This document shows, piece after piece, positions 54,817-64,000 of a stretch of DNA of 64,000 nt; within the stretch, counting starts at the first letter, position 1; every line of letters starts with the position of its first letter. The DNA lies in IMG/VR virus record IMGVR_UViG_3300026094_000002; one strand, written 5' to 3'. The notes beneath the pieces were generated by a model. That model did no database searches. It had not been told where the DNA came from and worked only from the letters and a program-made list of their open reading frames with translations. Both the position numbers and the translations under genes were made by a program. The DNA is from a virus. Lineage: Duplodnaviria; Caudoviricetes.

Positions 54817-55605
54817 ATGTACTTGTCATTTGATTTAATTTCAGATTTACATCTTGAAACTCGAGATGGCTTTAACTGGGATGGACAGCCAACCAGCCAA
54901 TGTTGTGTGGTGGCTGGAGATATTTCTAAAAATATTCAGGATACGGTTTCTTGTCTTACCCATTTGTCCCAATGCTACAAAAAAGTCGTTTATATTGATG
55001 GTAATGCAGAGCATCGTTGGAATTATTCTGATCTTGGTTCAAGTTATCAAACCTTAGTTGAAGAATTGCAAAAAATACCAAATGTTATTTTCCTGCAAGA
55101 TAACATGGTCATAATCAATGGTGTTGCGATAGTCGGTACCAATGGCTGGTGGACATACGACTTCAATCCCAACATGGATTTTGAAAACTCAGTAAAATAC
55201 GCTGTTGATAGATATGACATTAATGTTGGTGATGCAATGACACTACGTGCTATGGCAATTAATGATGCGAATTATCTTGCAAACACTGTCAACCGGTGTC
55301 AGACAATGCCAGATATTAAGAAAATTGTTGTTGTTACACATACTGTTCCTCACGAAATGATTACAAAACACGATGAAGAATTTGACGATGATCTTCAGTA
55401 TAATCTGTTGGGCAATTCATATATTAAACAAATTTTAGAACAAGACACGGAAAGAAAAGTTGATACGTGGTGCTTTGGACATTACCACAAAGATGTTGAT
55501 TCTGTTATTAATAATATCCGATATGTTAATAACTGCTTGGGTGAAAAGGGATCAACTTGGGCCAAGTCTGTTTATCACCCAAAGCGTATTGAAGTAATAA
55601 TTTAA
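54817..55605 (+). CDS. metallophosphoesterase
   Basis: SDLH, AGDI, GNAEH, THTVP, FGHYH. Confidence 0.9.
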   Translation: MYLSFDLISDLHLETRDGFNWDGQPTSQCCVVAGDISKNIQDTVSCLTHLSQCYKKVVYIDGNAEHRWNYSDLGSSYQTLVEELQKIPNVIFLQDNMVIINGVAIVGTNGWWTYDFNPNMDFENSVKYAVDRYDINVGDAMTLRAMAINDANYLANTVNRCQTMPDIKKIVVVTHTVPHEMITKHDEEFDDDLQYNLLGNSYIKQILEQDTERKVDTWCFGHYHKDVDSVINNIRYVNNCLGEKGSTWAKSVYHPKRIEVII

Positions 55606-55916
55606 TCTGCTTCGGGCTCAATTTTAATATTTAAAGGATACCCGTTGCTACGTGCACTTACTGTAATCTCAATGCCCTTTTGTTCTGCAATCTCATATGG
55701 AAGAACTGCCACACACGCAGATCCCGCTTCATGAACTTCTTCAGTAATCTTTTGAGCAGTAGCCTCAGTATAATTAAGATGATTCATCAAACTTTCAACA
55801 ACAAAATCATATGCAGTACTATTGTCATTAATATAAATTAGTTGGTACATTGGTGGCTCACGCAACTCTGTATTAATTTCTACTTTTGTCTCGCTTGATG
55901 CGGATGATGTTGTCAT
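55602..55916 (-). CDS. clpS: Clp adaptor ClpS
   Basis: PPMYQLIYINDN.T..DFVV...EVHEAG...EIAEQK...YPL. Confidence 0.9.
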   Translation of the reverse strand: MTTSSASSETKVEINTELREPPMYQLIYINDNSTAYDFVVESLMNHLNYTEATAQKITEEVHEAGSACVAVLPYEIAEQKGIEITVSARSNGYPLNIKIEPEAD

Positions 55917-55940
55917 TTGTTTCCTCGTAAATTAAATTAG

Positions 55941-55967
55941 TAGAGCAGGGTCTAAGACCCTGCTCTA
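55941..55967 (-). terminator. perfect 12-bp hairpin downstream of hsp20
   Basis: TAGAGCAGGGTC/GACCCTGCTCTA. Confidence 0.65.
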
Positions 55968-55985
55968 TAGTTTGCAAGAGACTGA

Positions 55986-56423
55986 TTATCCCTTTTGGGT
56001 AATTGCAATAGACTTAGGCTTCATTGTCTCAGGGACAATACGCTCTAAACTAATAGTAAGAATTCCATTCTCAATAACCGCATTATTTACCTCTACATAT
56101 TCGGCAAGCGTAAATGAACGCGTGAAGTCTCTTGATGAAATACCATGGTAAAGATATTCAATATCTTCGTTTTTGTTTTCCTGTCTACCTGTAACAGTTA
56201 GGTGTCCTTCATGGTATTCAATATCTATCTCTTCTTTATTGAAACCAGCAACTGCCACCTGAATTTCATAACGATCTTCATCAACACGAACGATGTTATA
56301 TGGTGGATAATTGCCATTGGAACCAGCGGTATCAACTTGATCCATTACGCGATCAAAAATTCGATCCATTCCAATTGTATTTCTGTAAAACGGTGATAGG
56401 TCTAATGAAGTAATTTTAGTCAT
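55986..56423 (-). CDS. ibpA: small heat shock protein Hsp20 (IbpA-like)
   Basis: YPPYNIV, AVAGF, YLYHGISSRDF, NGILTI. Confidence 0.93.
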   Translation of the reverse strand: MTKITSLDLSPFYRNTIGMDRIFDRVMDQVDTAGSNGNYPPYNIVRVDEDRYEIQVAVAGFNKEEIDIEYHEGHLTVTGRQENKNEDIEYLYHGISSRDFTRSFTLAEYVEVNNAVIENGILTISLERIVPETMKPKSIAITQKG

Positions 56424-56480
56424 TGTTGTCCTCCTTTATTAAGCAAGTGACTAATAGTGCAACCCAAGTTGGCGTTGCAC
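56424..56480 (-). promoter_or_regulatory. ROSE-like RNA thermometer candidate
   Basis: CUUGCUU-AAUA-AAGGAG pairs the SD with a bulged G; upstream hairpin GTGCAAC..GTTGCAC. Confidence 0.55.
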
Positions 56481-56511
56481 ATGTATTTATTATACACTAA
56501 TTACGGTTCAT

Positions 56512-56751
56512 TTAAAAGGGCTGATTCTTTTTTTCATCGTTTAATTTTTTAAGCCAACGCTTTCTCGCAGCGGCTTTTTTAGCCTTTCTTTCTTGGCAGG
56601 GCTTTTCATAGAATTCATGTTTCCGAACATCTTTTAGCACACCAGATTCATCAACTTTTTTCTTAAACTTTTTAAGTGCACGTTCAAATTGTCCGTCACG
56701 AACCTCTACGCGATTTCCTTTAATCTTTATTTCGTCAGTTTTCTTTCTCAA
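56512..56751 (-). CDS. rpsU: ribosomal protein bS21
   Basis: [12 protein letters not shown]...RKHEFYEKP...[11 protein letters not shown]. Confidence 0.93.
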   Translation of the reverse strand: MRKKTDEIKIKGNRVEVRDGQFERALKKFKKKVDESGVLKDVRKHEFYEKPCQERKAKKAAARKRWLKKLNDEKKNQPF

Positions 56752-56795
56752 TTGTCAATACCTTTGAGTTCCTTTAATTACATTTATGTGTTGTT

Positions 56796-58001
56796 TTAGA
56801 AATTGTAAAATTTCTTATCAATTAAACTTGCTGGTTGTTCAACAAGTTCTTTATTTACAATAATTTTGTTAATATTGTTTTCTCTATACCGAACCATTTC
56901 AAACATATGTGGGAGCAATGATTTTTCTATGTTTGAATGCAACCCACGGGCACCTGTTCCACCGACCAGCGTTTTATCAGCGATCTCATCAAGTGCATCT
57001 GGAGTAATTTCAAGTTCAATATCTTCTTGAGCAAATAATGTTTTGTATTGATTAACTAAATTTCCATCAACTTCTGTTAATATTGATATTAATGCACCCT
57101 TATCTAATTCTGTTAGCGGGACAACATTTGGGAATCTTCCCACAAATTCAGGAATCATTCCAAAACTAACAAGATCGTCTGGGGTAACCTTGCCTAAATC
57201 CACTTCTTCCGACGGAGAGACAATGTGTGCAGTAAAACCAGATGCTGTTCCTGATTGACGGCGACGGACAATATCACCCAGACCGATAAACGCTCCACCT
57301 GCAATGAACAGTATGTTTGACGTATCAATATCAACTGTTCCCGAGTTTGGATTTTTTCTACCACCCACTGGAGGCACCCGGCATACAGTGCCTTCTACTA
57401 TTTTTAACAGTGCCTGTTGAACGCCTTCGCCAGAAACATCTCTAGTGATAGAAGAGCTTTCGCTTTTTCTGGCAATTTTGTCAATTTCATCAACAAAAAT
57501 AATGCCATTTTCACATTTTTTAACGTCACCATCAGCAGCAATTAATAATCTTGAAACCAAACTCTCAACATCATCACCTACATATCCTGATTCGGTTACT
57601 GAGGTAGCATCAGCAATAGTAAATGGAACATCCAAATACTTTGCTACAGTTTGTGCTAATAATGTTTTTCCTGAACCAGTGGGACCAATCATTAAGACAT
57701 TTGATTTTGCCAAATTATTTTCATTTGTATTTGAAATTCTTTTATAGTGGTTTGCAATTGCTACACTTAAGACAATTTTGGCCCAATCTTGTCCAAATAC
57801 ATTTTTATCAAGAGTGTTTTTAATTTCTATTGGATTAATATTAACACTATCAGAAGAACCATTAATTTGTTCTTTTAATAAATCTTGGCACATTACAACA
57901 CATTCATTGCATATACCCACAGAATTATTAACAATAAGTTTCTGAACTTCAGATTCTGGGCGATTACAGAAATTACAGATATGAGGAGAATTATCAGTCA
58001 T
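56796..58001 (-). CDS. clpX: ClpX ATPase
   Basis: CNFC...C..C zinc-binding domain, GPTGSGKT, GYVGDDVE, VDEIDK, RDVSGEGVQQALLK, GARGL. Confidence 0.97.
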   Translation of the reverse strand: MTDNSPHICNFCNRPESEVQKLIVNNSVGICNECVVMCQDLLKEQINGSSDSVNINPIEIKNTLDKNVFGQDWAKIVLSVAIANHYKRISNTNENNLAKSNVLMIGPTGSGKTLLAQTVAKYLDVPFTIADATSVTESGYVGDDVESLVSRLLIAADGDVKKCENGIIFVDEIDKIARKSESSSITRDVSGEGVQQALLKIVEGTVCRVPPVGGRKNPNSGTVDIDTSNILFIAGGAFIGLGDIVRRRQSGTASGFTAHIVSPSEEVDLGKVTPDDLVSFGMIPEFVGRFPNVVPLTELDKGALISILTEVDGNLVNQYKTLFAQEDIELEITPDALDEIADKTLVGGTGARGLHSNIEKSLLPHMFEMVRYRENNINKIIVNKELVEQPASLIDKKFYNF

Positions 58002-58003
58002 AA

Positions 58004-59923
58004 TTACCGGTCTTTTAGTCTCTCTTCTAATTGTGTTCTTTCTAGATCTGTTAATAATTCTGGATCATATTCGCCCGTTGATATTTTTTCAATGAGGTGA
58101 TCAATATATGCATCGTGATATGCATACTGGTCTGTTTGTTCCTTATCTACTGGAATCCATTTTTGACCATTCCACTTAAACAATCTGGTTGGCAAATAAT
58201 CTACTCGGAGAAAAAGATCTCCCCGTTCTGGATTGGTTGGGAATTCTGTACCAAACCCAGCATTTGTTTCTCTTGGATCATTGTCTGATTGAAGTTGAAT
58301 CTTGGGATATAATCGTTGGAAAACATCTCTTGTGTATCGTTTTCCTCTATACTCAACATACCCAGTTGTTAGTTCATAAGGATGTTCCTCACTCAAATTT
58401 TCAGTAAAATCTGTAGTTTCTAAATCATTGGTCTCATCAATAGTATAAAAGTGCTCTGGGTTCTCTGTTTCGCTGGATACTGGGGCCTCTAGATCATAAT
58501 TGGTTGCAAGCCTATCATCATTATAAACATCATTATATGCAGTTTCGTAATCCAAAGTATAGTTATAGTGTGGAGTATCTACCTTCTGAGTCCATTCAAA
58601 ATCACTATTACCAAAAGTTTCATCAATATTTGAATATTTTTCGTTACTTTCGGTAACAGGCTGAGCATTGTTAGTGTTATTACTGTTAGTATTTTCAGTA
58701 CTTCCGCCATTATTTTTGTTTGTGGGCGGACTTGTAGGCGGTGGTGGTGTAACGTGGTCAAACAAGTCTTGTCCATTCCATCTAAATGTATATTGACTTG
58801 CAATGAGCAGAAGAACTGCGAGCGGATCAAATACAAAAATTATAATAACAATAACCCATTGCACTGCTTTTTCAAGAAGATTTTGATCAGCCTCTTCTCC
58901 ATATACAAATTCCGCAATATATTTTATAGGACCAACCTCGGCTTCCAACTGTCTAGTTTTGGCTTCTATTTCAAATTTTTCTTCGGTAAGATTATCAATT
59001 TTGCCAGATGCTGATTCTATTCGTGCAGTTTGTTCATCAATTACAGCGTCAATATCTTCGCCAGTGTTTGTTCCTAATTGAGACCGTAATCTTGTAATCA
59101 AATTTTGGGAATCTTCAACTTGCGATTCAACGCGTTTTCTCAGACGATCAATTTCTTCCCTTGCCTCAATGACACGTGAATCATTATCCACCTCGTCTAA
59201 TCGTTCTTCCAAAGCATCTTTGTCATCTGATTTTCTATCGCGATAGTTTTCAATTGCCTCTCTGGTATTAGGACCCATTATACCATCTGATTGAACACCT
59301 ATAATACTTTGTGCTGTGGCGATTTCACCATTTGAAACTGCAGCGTCTAGACTGTCTAATTCGGTATCAATTTCTTCTATATCATCAAGTATGCGTCCCT
59401 CTTGACGATCTATGATATCGCGTTGTTCTTGAATAGCAGGTTCTACTCTTTCGTATGCACGATCAATTCTTTCTTGTTCTCTGTCAATCTGTGATTGAAT
59501 AATTGAATCACCACCTACACCTTCACTTTGTGCAGATTCAATTTTGTCTTCAGCCCGGGAAACAACAGCCTCTTGTCGTGCAATTTCTGAATTGATTCTT
59601 TCTAATTGTGCAGTGGCACTGTCGCCTTGGGCAGTCTGCTGAACGTGGGCGTTTGATAATCCGCCGAAAATTCCCATACTAGTTATAAACATTAAAACGA
59701 TAACAGCAATTACAAGGTATGTTTTTAACCACCAAGTAGCCTGATGCCAATATCTATGAAGCCAAACTACTGTAACTAGTTTAGAAGACTCCAGAATAGT
59801 TCCCATTATCAATGTAGTTAATGCAGCCCCAGCAAAAATAGCGGCGAGTCCAGTGACTGAATAATATATGGCTGATACTGATAAAATTAATGCCGTAGCA
59901 AGTGTTACATAACTAAAAATCAA
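58004..59923 (-). CDS. large membrane-anchored coiled-coil protein with peptidoglycan-binding-like segment
   Basis: N-terminal TMs; AQSIIGVQSDGIMGPNTREAI; EAEVGPIKY; FDPLAVLL; Pro/Asn-rich linker. Confidence 0.75.
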   Translation of the reverse strand: MIFSYVTLATALILSVSAIYYSVTGLAAIFAGAALTTLIMGTILESSKLVTVVWLHRYWHQATWWLKTYLVIAVIVLMFITSMGIFGGLSNAHVQQTAQGDSATAQLERINSEIARQEAVVSRAEDKIESAQSEGVGGDSIIQSQIDREQERIDRAYERVEPAIQEQRDIIDRQEGRILDDIEEIDTELDSLDAAVSNGEIATAQSIIGVQSDGIMGPNTREAIENYRDRKSDDKDALEERLDEVDNDSRVIEAREEIDRLRKRVESQVEDSQNLITRLRSQLGTNTGEDIDAVIDEQTARIESASGKIDNLTEEKFEIEAKTRQLEAEVGPIKYIAEFVYGEEADQNLLEKAVQWVIVIIIFVFDPLAVLLLIASQYTFRWNGQDLFDHVTPPPPTSPPTNKNNGGSTENTNSNNTNNAQPVTESNEKYSNIDETFGNSDFEWTQKVDTPHYNYTLDYETAYNDVYNDDRLATNYDLEAPVSSETENPEHFYTIDETNDLETTDFTENLSEEHPYELTTGYVEYRGKRYTRDVFQRLYPKIQLQSDNDPRETNAGFGTEFPTNPERGDLFLRVDYLPTRLFKWNGQKWIPVDKEQTDQYAYHDAYIDHLIEKISTGEYDPELLTDLERTQLEERLKDR

Positions 59924-60786
59924 AATTTTCTTCCCGGTTTAAAGCCATCTGGTACATCATCTTCAAAAAACATTTTAGAAACAAATCCATTATTGTACCA
60001 TTTTCTGCCTTTCATTTTTTTACTTAACTTATTACTTATTTCATTTAATTGTTCTTTAGACATTTGCTCATAAGTTTTTTTGCGTTTTTTTACGGTATTT
60101 TTTATTTCGCTAGGTGTTCTGTTGTTTTTTGATATTTTTTGTGCTTTTGATCTATTTTCAAAATCTTTTTTTCTTTGTTCATTGTCCCATTTAGATTTTG
60201 TTTCTAAAATTTTTTTGGTTCTTTTTATTTTTTCTTCTTCTGAAATTTTTCTCCACTGTTCTTTCACAATCTCAGACATTTTATTTTTAAAATTTATTTT
60301 TTCTTCAGGCGTTTTGTCTTGCCAAATTTTTTGTCTATAAAGTTTATATTGATTTCTTTCCTCGTCGGTTTTTTCTTTCCATGTATTTTTAAACTTTTCA
60401 ATTTGTTCTTTTGTTACTTTTTGTTTTTGGCGTTGTTTCTTTATTTTTTCTATTGTTTCTGGTGAATGATTTCTTCCGTACCAACTAAATCCTTCATTTC
60501 TAGCATTGTGTTTATTATAAAATAAATCATTCTTTTCTACATCAAAAAAATTATGTAACTCAATTTCATGCTGCATTGCTTCTTCGCGATTATTAAAAAT
60601 ACCTAAAATTTCCTTCGTAAAACTATTTTTTCCTTTTTCATTGATATCCTCTTTAAGATATTCACTGGATCCAAAGTATTCTGTATCTTCATGTGGCATA
60701 TTCAATGAAGTCCTGACACCAATATAATATTTTCCATTATCAGTTGTTTCATTATTATTAGTAATGATATAAGTGTAGTGGTACAT
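59920..60786 (-). mobile_element. Seg-like GIY-YIG homing endonuclease
   Basis: YTYIITN...YYIGVR...YFGSS...EAMQHE; HSPETIEKI NUMOD3-like; KWYNNG. Confidence 0.88.
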
Positions 60787-60845
60787 CTGTAATTCCTCCG
60801 AAAAAAGTATTTATCTCATAGAGGTGATAAACACAAACTACATTT

Positions 60846-61913
60846 TTATTGGGCATTAGAAATACTAGGCTTCCATTTGAGCCACGCACTACTATTCCCA
60901 CAAAAATATGGAGCGTTTAGATCTTTTATCATAATACCTTCAAATCCATCATTGACTGATGAGCGAGCGTACCGATGCATAATATTATGCCCTTCAGATG
61001 TTGATAAATCTACTTCAATACCATTGAGACCACGAATAAAAGGAGTTCGTTGATGTAATTTTTTAGTTATATTCTGGATAATTTCGTGTCGGTAATGCTG
61101 CTGTATTTCACAACTGCCATCTATAAAATCACTAAGTGGAATAACGTCAAATATGTAAAAAACGGCGTCATCAAGCATTTCATCTTTTGTTATGATCTCG
61201 CCATCAATGACATACCGAGTACCAAGATTTGCTTGGCTGTCAAAAATATCAATATTTTCAAGTATCAGTTTTTCAAGATGTTTAAAGTTTTTTAGTACTT
61301 TGCCAGTTCTACTATGCATAACAACTGAACTGGCTGTTATAACTGCTAATGCTCTTGAACCATCTAACTTTGGTTCTATCCATTTTCTTCCAGAAAGTTG
61401 TCGTGGGTGATTTTCACTATCTTGAGAATGTTGGCAATCAAATACAGGAATTTTCCATTCGGTTGAACCCAAAACATTATTAAGTGTTTTTGTTGAAATT
61501 CCGCAGCGTAAATCTTTTAAGATAACAGGTCGTGCAACTAAGTTCCATTCATCTGAATCAAACCGAGAACTCATTCTTTCAATGGACCGTTCTGCTTTGT
61601 ATCCAGATACTTTTGTTGTTCGCAAATCTTCTATCAATCCCCAAAACTCAATCCACGGATTTTCCTTGTCAGACAAGTCTTGTGTTTCTGGGACAGATTT
61701 TGTGTGATAAACAAAAAATGGATTATATGCCAAATAACAATTGTAAAGAAAACATTGTGCACTGCTACTCCCAAGTCTTGATGCAATTAATGCCCGTTCA
61801 ATAACTCGTTCTTTTTGTTTTCTGCTATTTGAACTATTGAGATCGTAAATCCAGTCTGCAGCCACTCTTAACCCTTCAAAAACCTTAGAACCTAAACTGG
61901 TTATTTGAATCAT
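60846..61913 (-). CDS. ATP-dependent DNA ligase-like protein lacking the OB domain
   Basis: EPKLDG, IDGEI, IFDV, EGIMIKD, WLKWKP followed by a stop six residues later; likely start MIQ at 61913. Confidence 0.8.
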   Translation of the reverse strand: MIQITSLGSKVFEGLRVAADWIYDLNSSNSRKQKERVIERALIASRLGSSSAQCFLYNCYLAYNPFFVYHTKSVPETQDLSDKENPWIEFWGLIEDLRTTKVSGYKAERSIERMSSRFDSDEWNLVARPVILKDLRCGISTKTLNNVLGSTEWKIPVFDCQHSQDSENHPRQLSGRKWIEPKLDGSRALAVITASSVVMHSRTGKVLKNFKHLEKLILENIDIFDSQANLGTRYVIDGEIITKDEMLDDAVFYIFDVIPLSDFIDGSCEIQQHYRHEIIQNITKKLHQRTPFIRGLNGIEVDLSTSEGHNIMHRYARSSVNDGFEGIMIKDLNAPYFCGNSSAWLKWKPSISNAQ

Positions 61914-61919
61914 CCCGCT

Positions 61920-61948
61920 ATTATACAAGTATTATGTTAAAATGTCAA
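61920..61948 (-). promoter_or_regulatory. consensus sigma70 promoter 6 nt before the ligase-like ATG
   Basis: TTGACA, 17 nt spacer, TATAAT, AGCGGG, ATG. Confidence 0.75.
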
Positions 61949-61951
61949 TGT

Positions 61952-64000
61952 CTATGTAAGACGGTCTCTGGATTCATCAACTGAATATTTTGATGTTTCA
62001 AACTTAATACTGTCACCTTCTGGAGGAGAATTAATAGATCTGGTTGAAATCCCGATAGATTCAAGGCGATCAATATTGCGTCCTTCTCGTAATGCAGAAA
62101 TTAATGCTTGACCACCCTCTGTACTTCGGTCAGCAATTCCTTCTAAAAGTTGTCCTGCACCACCAACTGTAATGTCTAATGCTCTTTGAGGCAATTGCTG
62201 AGCAAATCTTAGGGAATCTTCTCGGGAGTGTGGTAGATCATAGAAATTTGGTTCTATTAACCTGTCTCTGTTGAGTTTTTCTCTGGCACGGTGAATCTGC
62301 CAACGTTTGGTGTTTTCAATAATGGTGTTTGCGGTTTCTGGATTATTATTAACAATGGCTTTTGTTGCTGCTACTAACTCTGGATAAATGCCATTGAACC
62401 AAGCTGAATTAAATGCTTCTCCAAAAGTATCTTTTACGTACTCTCCCTCTCCTTTTACTCCTGATGGTATTGTTATTGTAACTGAAATAATTTCTGGCTC
62501 TTGTCCGCCTGTAGTCTGGACAGTTGTATATTCGTTATTTAAAACATGTTCAATAACTTGAAAAAACCCAATGCTTGGATCTTCGGGTCCACCTTTTTTA
62601 GTAAATGGCAAAAACACCCCCGCAGATTCTAATTCTAAGAACAATTCTCTATTTTGCTGTATTGGAGCAACGATATTATATCCTGAAGCAATACCAATTA
62701 AATCGGTTAGCAATAGTCTTCCTCTAGGACCTGTGCCCAAATCAATAGGACTGCTCTCATCAAACCATATATCTTGAATATTATCCTCTACAAGTTCTGG
62801 TTGGTCTTGGATAGAATCAATGTCTTTTAAAGTTTCAACATCTTGTAATACTTTTGCGAAATCATCAACTGGGACAGAAAAGATATTCGTTATTTGCCCC
62901 AAACTTCTTGATAATGCTGCATTTGCCGCTGCAATTTCTGGTGGCATAACGCTTCTTAGCGACCCACCTAATCTGGTAAATTCTTGAGATAAGCCACCCG
63001 AATTGTCAGAGTAAATTGGTTTAAATTCTACAGTAGAACCAAAAACAGGTGATTTTAATGTAAAATAACTTTTAGGGAATATTTTTCTTGGATCCAATAA
63101 ATCTGCTACTGTTTCTATTCCTTCTGTTCTTATTTGTAAAACCTTTTTAACACTATCTAAATCATTCCCACCAATTTCAGTCAGTGCATTATATAATGCT
63201 TTTAATATAACAGGAGGCGTTGAACCCCGACGTTCAAGTATTGTTCTTACATCAATATTTTTTTCTTCTAATTTACCAACAATAATAGACAAGGCACTGG
63301 TTTGTGATAATCTACCAATCAATTGTCCGGGGTTGCCAAGTTGTGAAAGTTCAGAAAAATCAAGAAGTCTTCCTATTTTTTCAAGATCTTCACCAAATGC
63401 GGTTGTTGCTAAAGTTACACCAGAGATTCCTGATGTAATCCAATTGTTCATGTCTGTAAATGTAGGTTCTGCACCTTCAAGTGCTGTTACAGAATCAGTA
63501 AATTGATTGTTTTGTCTTGCATATGATTCTGACAATGCGATTGCTGCAGAAAATCTTTCAACATTTCCTGTTATAGAATTTATGTTGTTTTCTGAAACAT
63601 CTGCGGAACCAACCAGTGTCTCTGCAATCCAGTCGGGTAACAGTTGTAAAGGGGTGTTGAAATTTTCAGATGTAACAGAAGGACCTAAAATATCCCTTGT
63701 TGTTTTGTTATAAATTCCCAATATATCAAAAAATACACCATCTTCATTAACTACATTATTCCAAGAATCAATTATTTCTTGATCAGAAGTGCCGCCTTCA
63801 AAATTCTGCAAAAACTCTATTAATCGCTGATACCAATTTTGTGATGATAGTGAGTTTATTTGAAAAACTAAATTATTGAGACTTAATTCTACTTCAAGTT
63901 GAGTTTCTTCATCTAAGACAGTACCAATACCTTGACTACCCCCTGAGCCAAGTGCATTTCCTAAACTACCGGGATCGACGAATGCAGCACCCGCTTTAAG
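61952..64000 (-). CDS. large probable virion structural protein (5' end beyond the window)
   Basis: The reading frame stays open from 61952 to the window end (over 680 codons), so the ORF-track start at 63811 is internal. Confidence 0.75.
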   Translation of the reverse strand, partial: LKAGAAFVDPGSLGNALGSGGSQGIGTVLDEETQLEVELSLNNLVFQINSLSSQNWYQRLIEFLQNFEGGTSDQEIIDSWNNVVNEDGVFFDILGIYNKTTRDILGPSVTSENFNTPLQLLPDWIAETLVGSADVSENNINSITGNVERFSAAIALSESYARQNNQFTDSVTALEGAEPTFTDMNNWITSGISGVTLATTAFGEDLEKIGRLLDFSELSQLGNPGQLIGRLSQTSALSIIVGKLEEKNIDVRTILERRGSTPPVILKALYNALTEIGGNDLDSVKKVLQIRTEGIETVADLLDPRKIFPKSYFTLKSPVFGSTVEFKPIYSDNSGGLSQEFTRLGGSLRSVMPPEIAAANAALSRSLGQITNIFSVPVDDFAKVLQDVETLKDIDSIQDQPELVEDNIQDIWFDESSPIDLGTGPRGRLLLTDLIGIASGYNIVAPIQQNRELFLELESAGVFLPFTKKGGPEDPSIGFFQVIEHVLNNEYTTVQTTGGQEPEIISVTITIPSGVKGEGEYVKDTFGEAFNSAWFNGIYPELVAATKAIVNNNPETANTIIENTKRWQIHRAREKLNRDRLIEPNFYDLPHSREDSLRFAQQLPQRALDITVGGAGQLLEGIADRSTEGGQALISALREGRNIDRLESIGISTRSINSPPEGDSIKFETSKYSVDESRDRLT

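Noticed and set aside
60787-60845. Group I intron splitting the ligase, with the GIY-YIG gene inside
   Set aside because: The spacer is only about 60 nt, holds a late promoter and SD, and no ligase OB exon follows the endonuclease.
99-63713. Numerous short opposite-strand ORFs in the track (e.g. 99-344, 458-733, 12627-13016, 38995-39417, 44887-45414, 47459-47884)
   Set aside because: They are antisense or out-of-frame shadows of well-supported genes, with no RBS or recognisable motifs.
1-64000. CRISPR array, IS/transposase, integrase, rRNA or reverse transcriptase
   Set aside because: No regularly spaced repeats or diagnostic motifs seen on reading either strand.

Overview
64 kb of an AT-rich, gene-dense genome, almost all on the minus strand, that reads as the accessory and tRNA region of a large T4-like (probably aquatic) myovirus. 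Support for that: sigma70-type early promoters (TTGACA-17-TATAAT), many T4-type late promoter boxes (nATAAATA), six canonical tRNAs, free-standing homing endonucleases, and host-derived genes (tilS, fpr, sufE, clpP, clpX, clpS, hsp20, rpsU, uvsE, a csgG/csgF curli-like locus with a CHASE2 adenylate cyclase). The host cannot be determined from this window. The most unusual signals are these. (1) A non-coding RNA neighbourhood at 22.2-24.1 kb: a D-arm-less tRNA-Arg(UCU)-like RNA, then a coiled-coil gene, then a ~240 nt structured 3' RNA, plus three tandem RNAs each closed by a long stem, one carrying two T-loops. (2) A glycan-tailoring set: amidinotransferase, 2OG-Fe(II) oxygenase, nucleotide-sugar dehydrogenase, four paralogous GT-like proteins and two sulfotransferases. 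(3) An MTase-nuclease-MTase cassette. (4) A stand-alone paralog of the cyclase C-terminal domain. (5) Apparently leaderless late genes, several with capsid-targeting-like N-termini and effector-type folds. All family calls come from motif recognition by eye, and all RNA structures from manual base-pairing. No database searches or folding programs were run.
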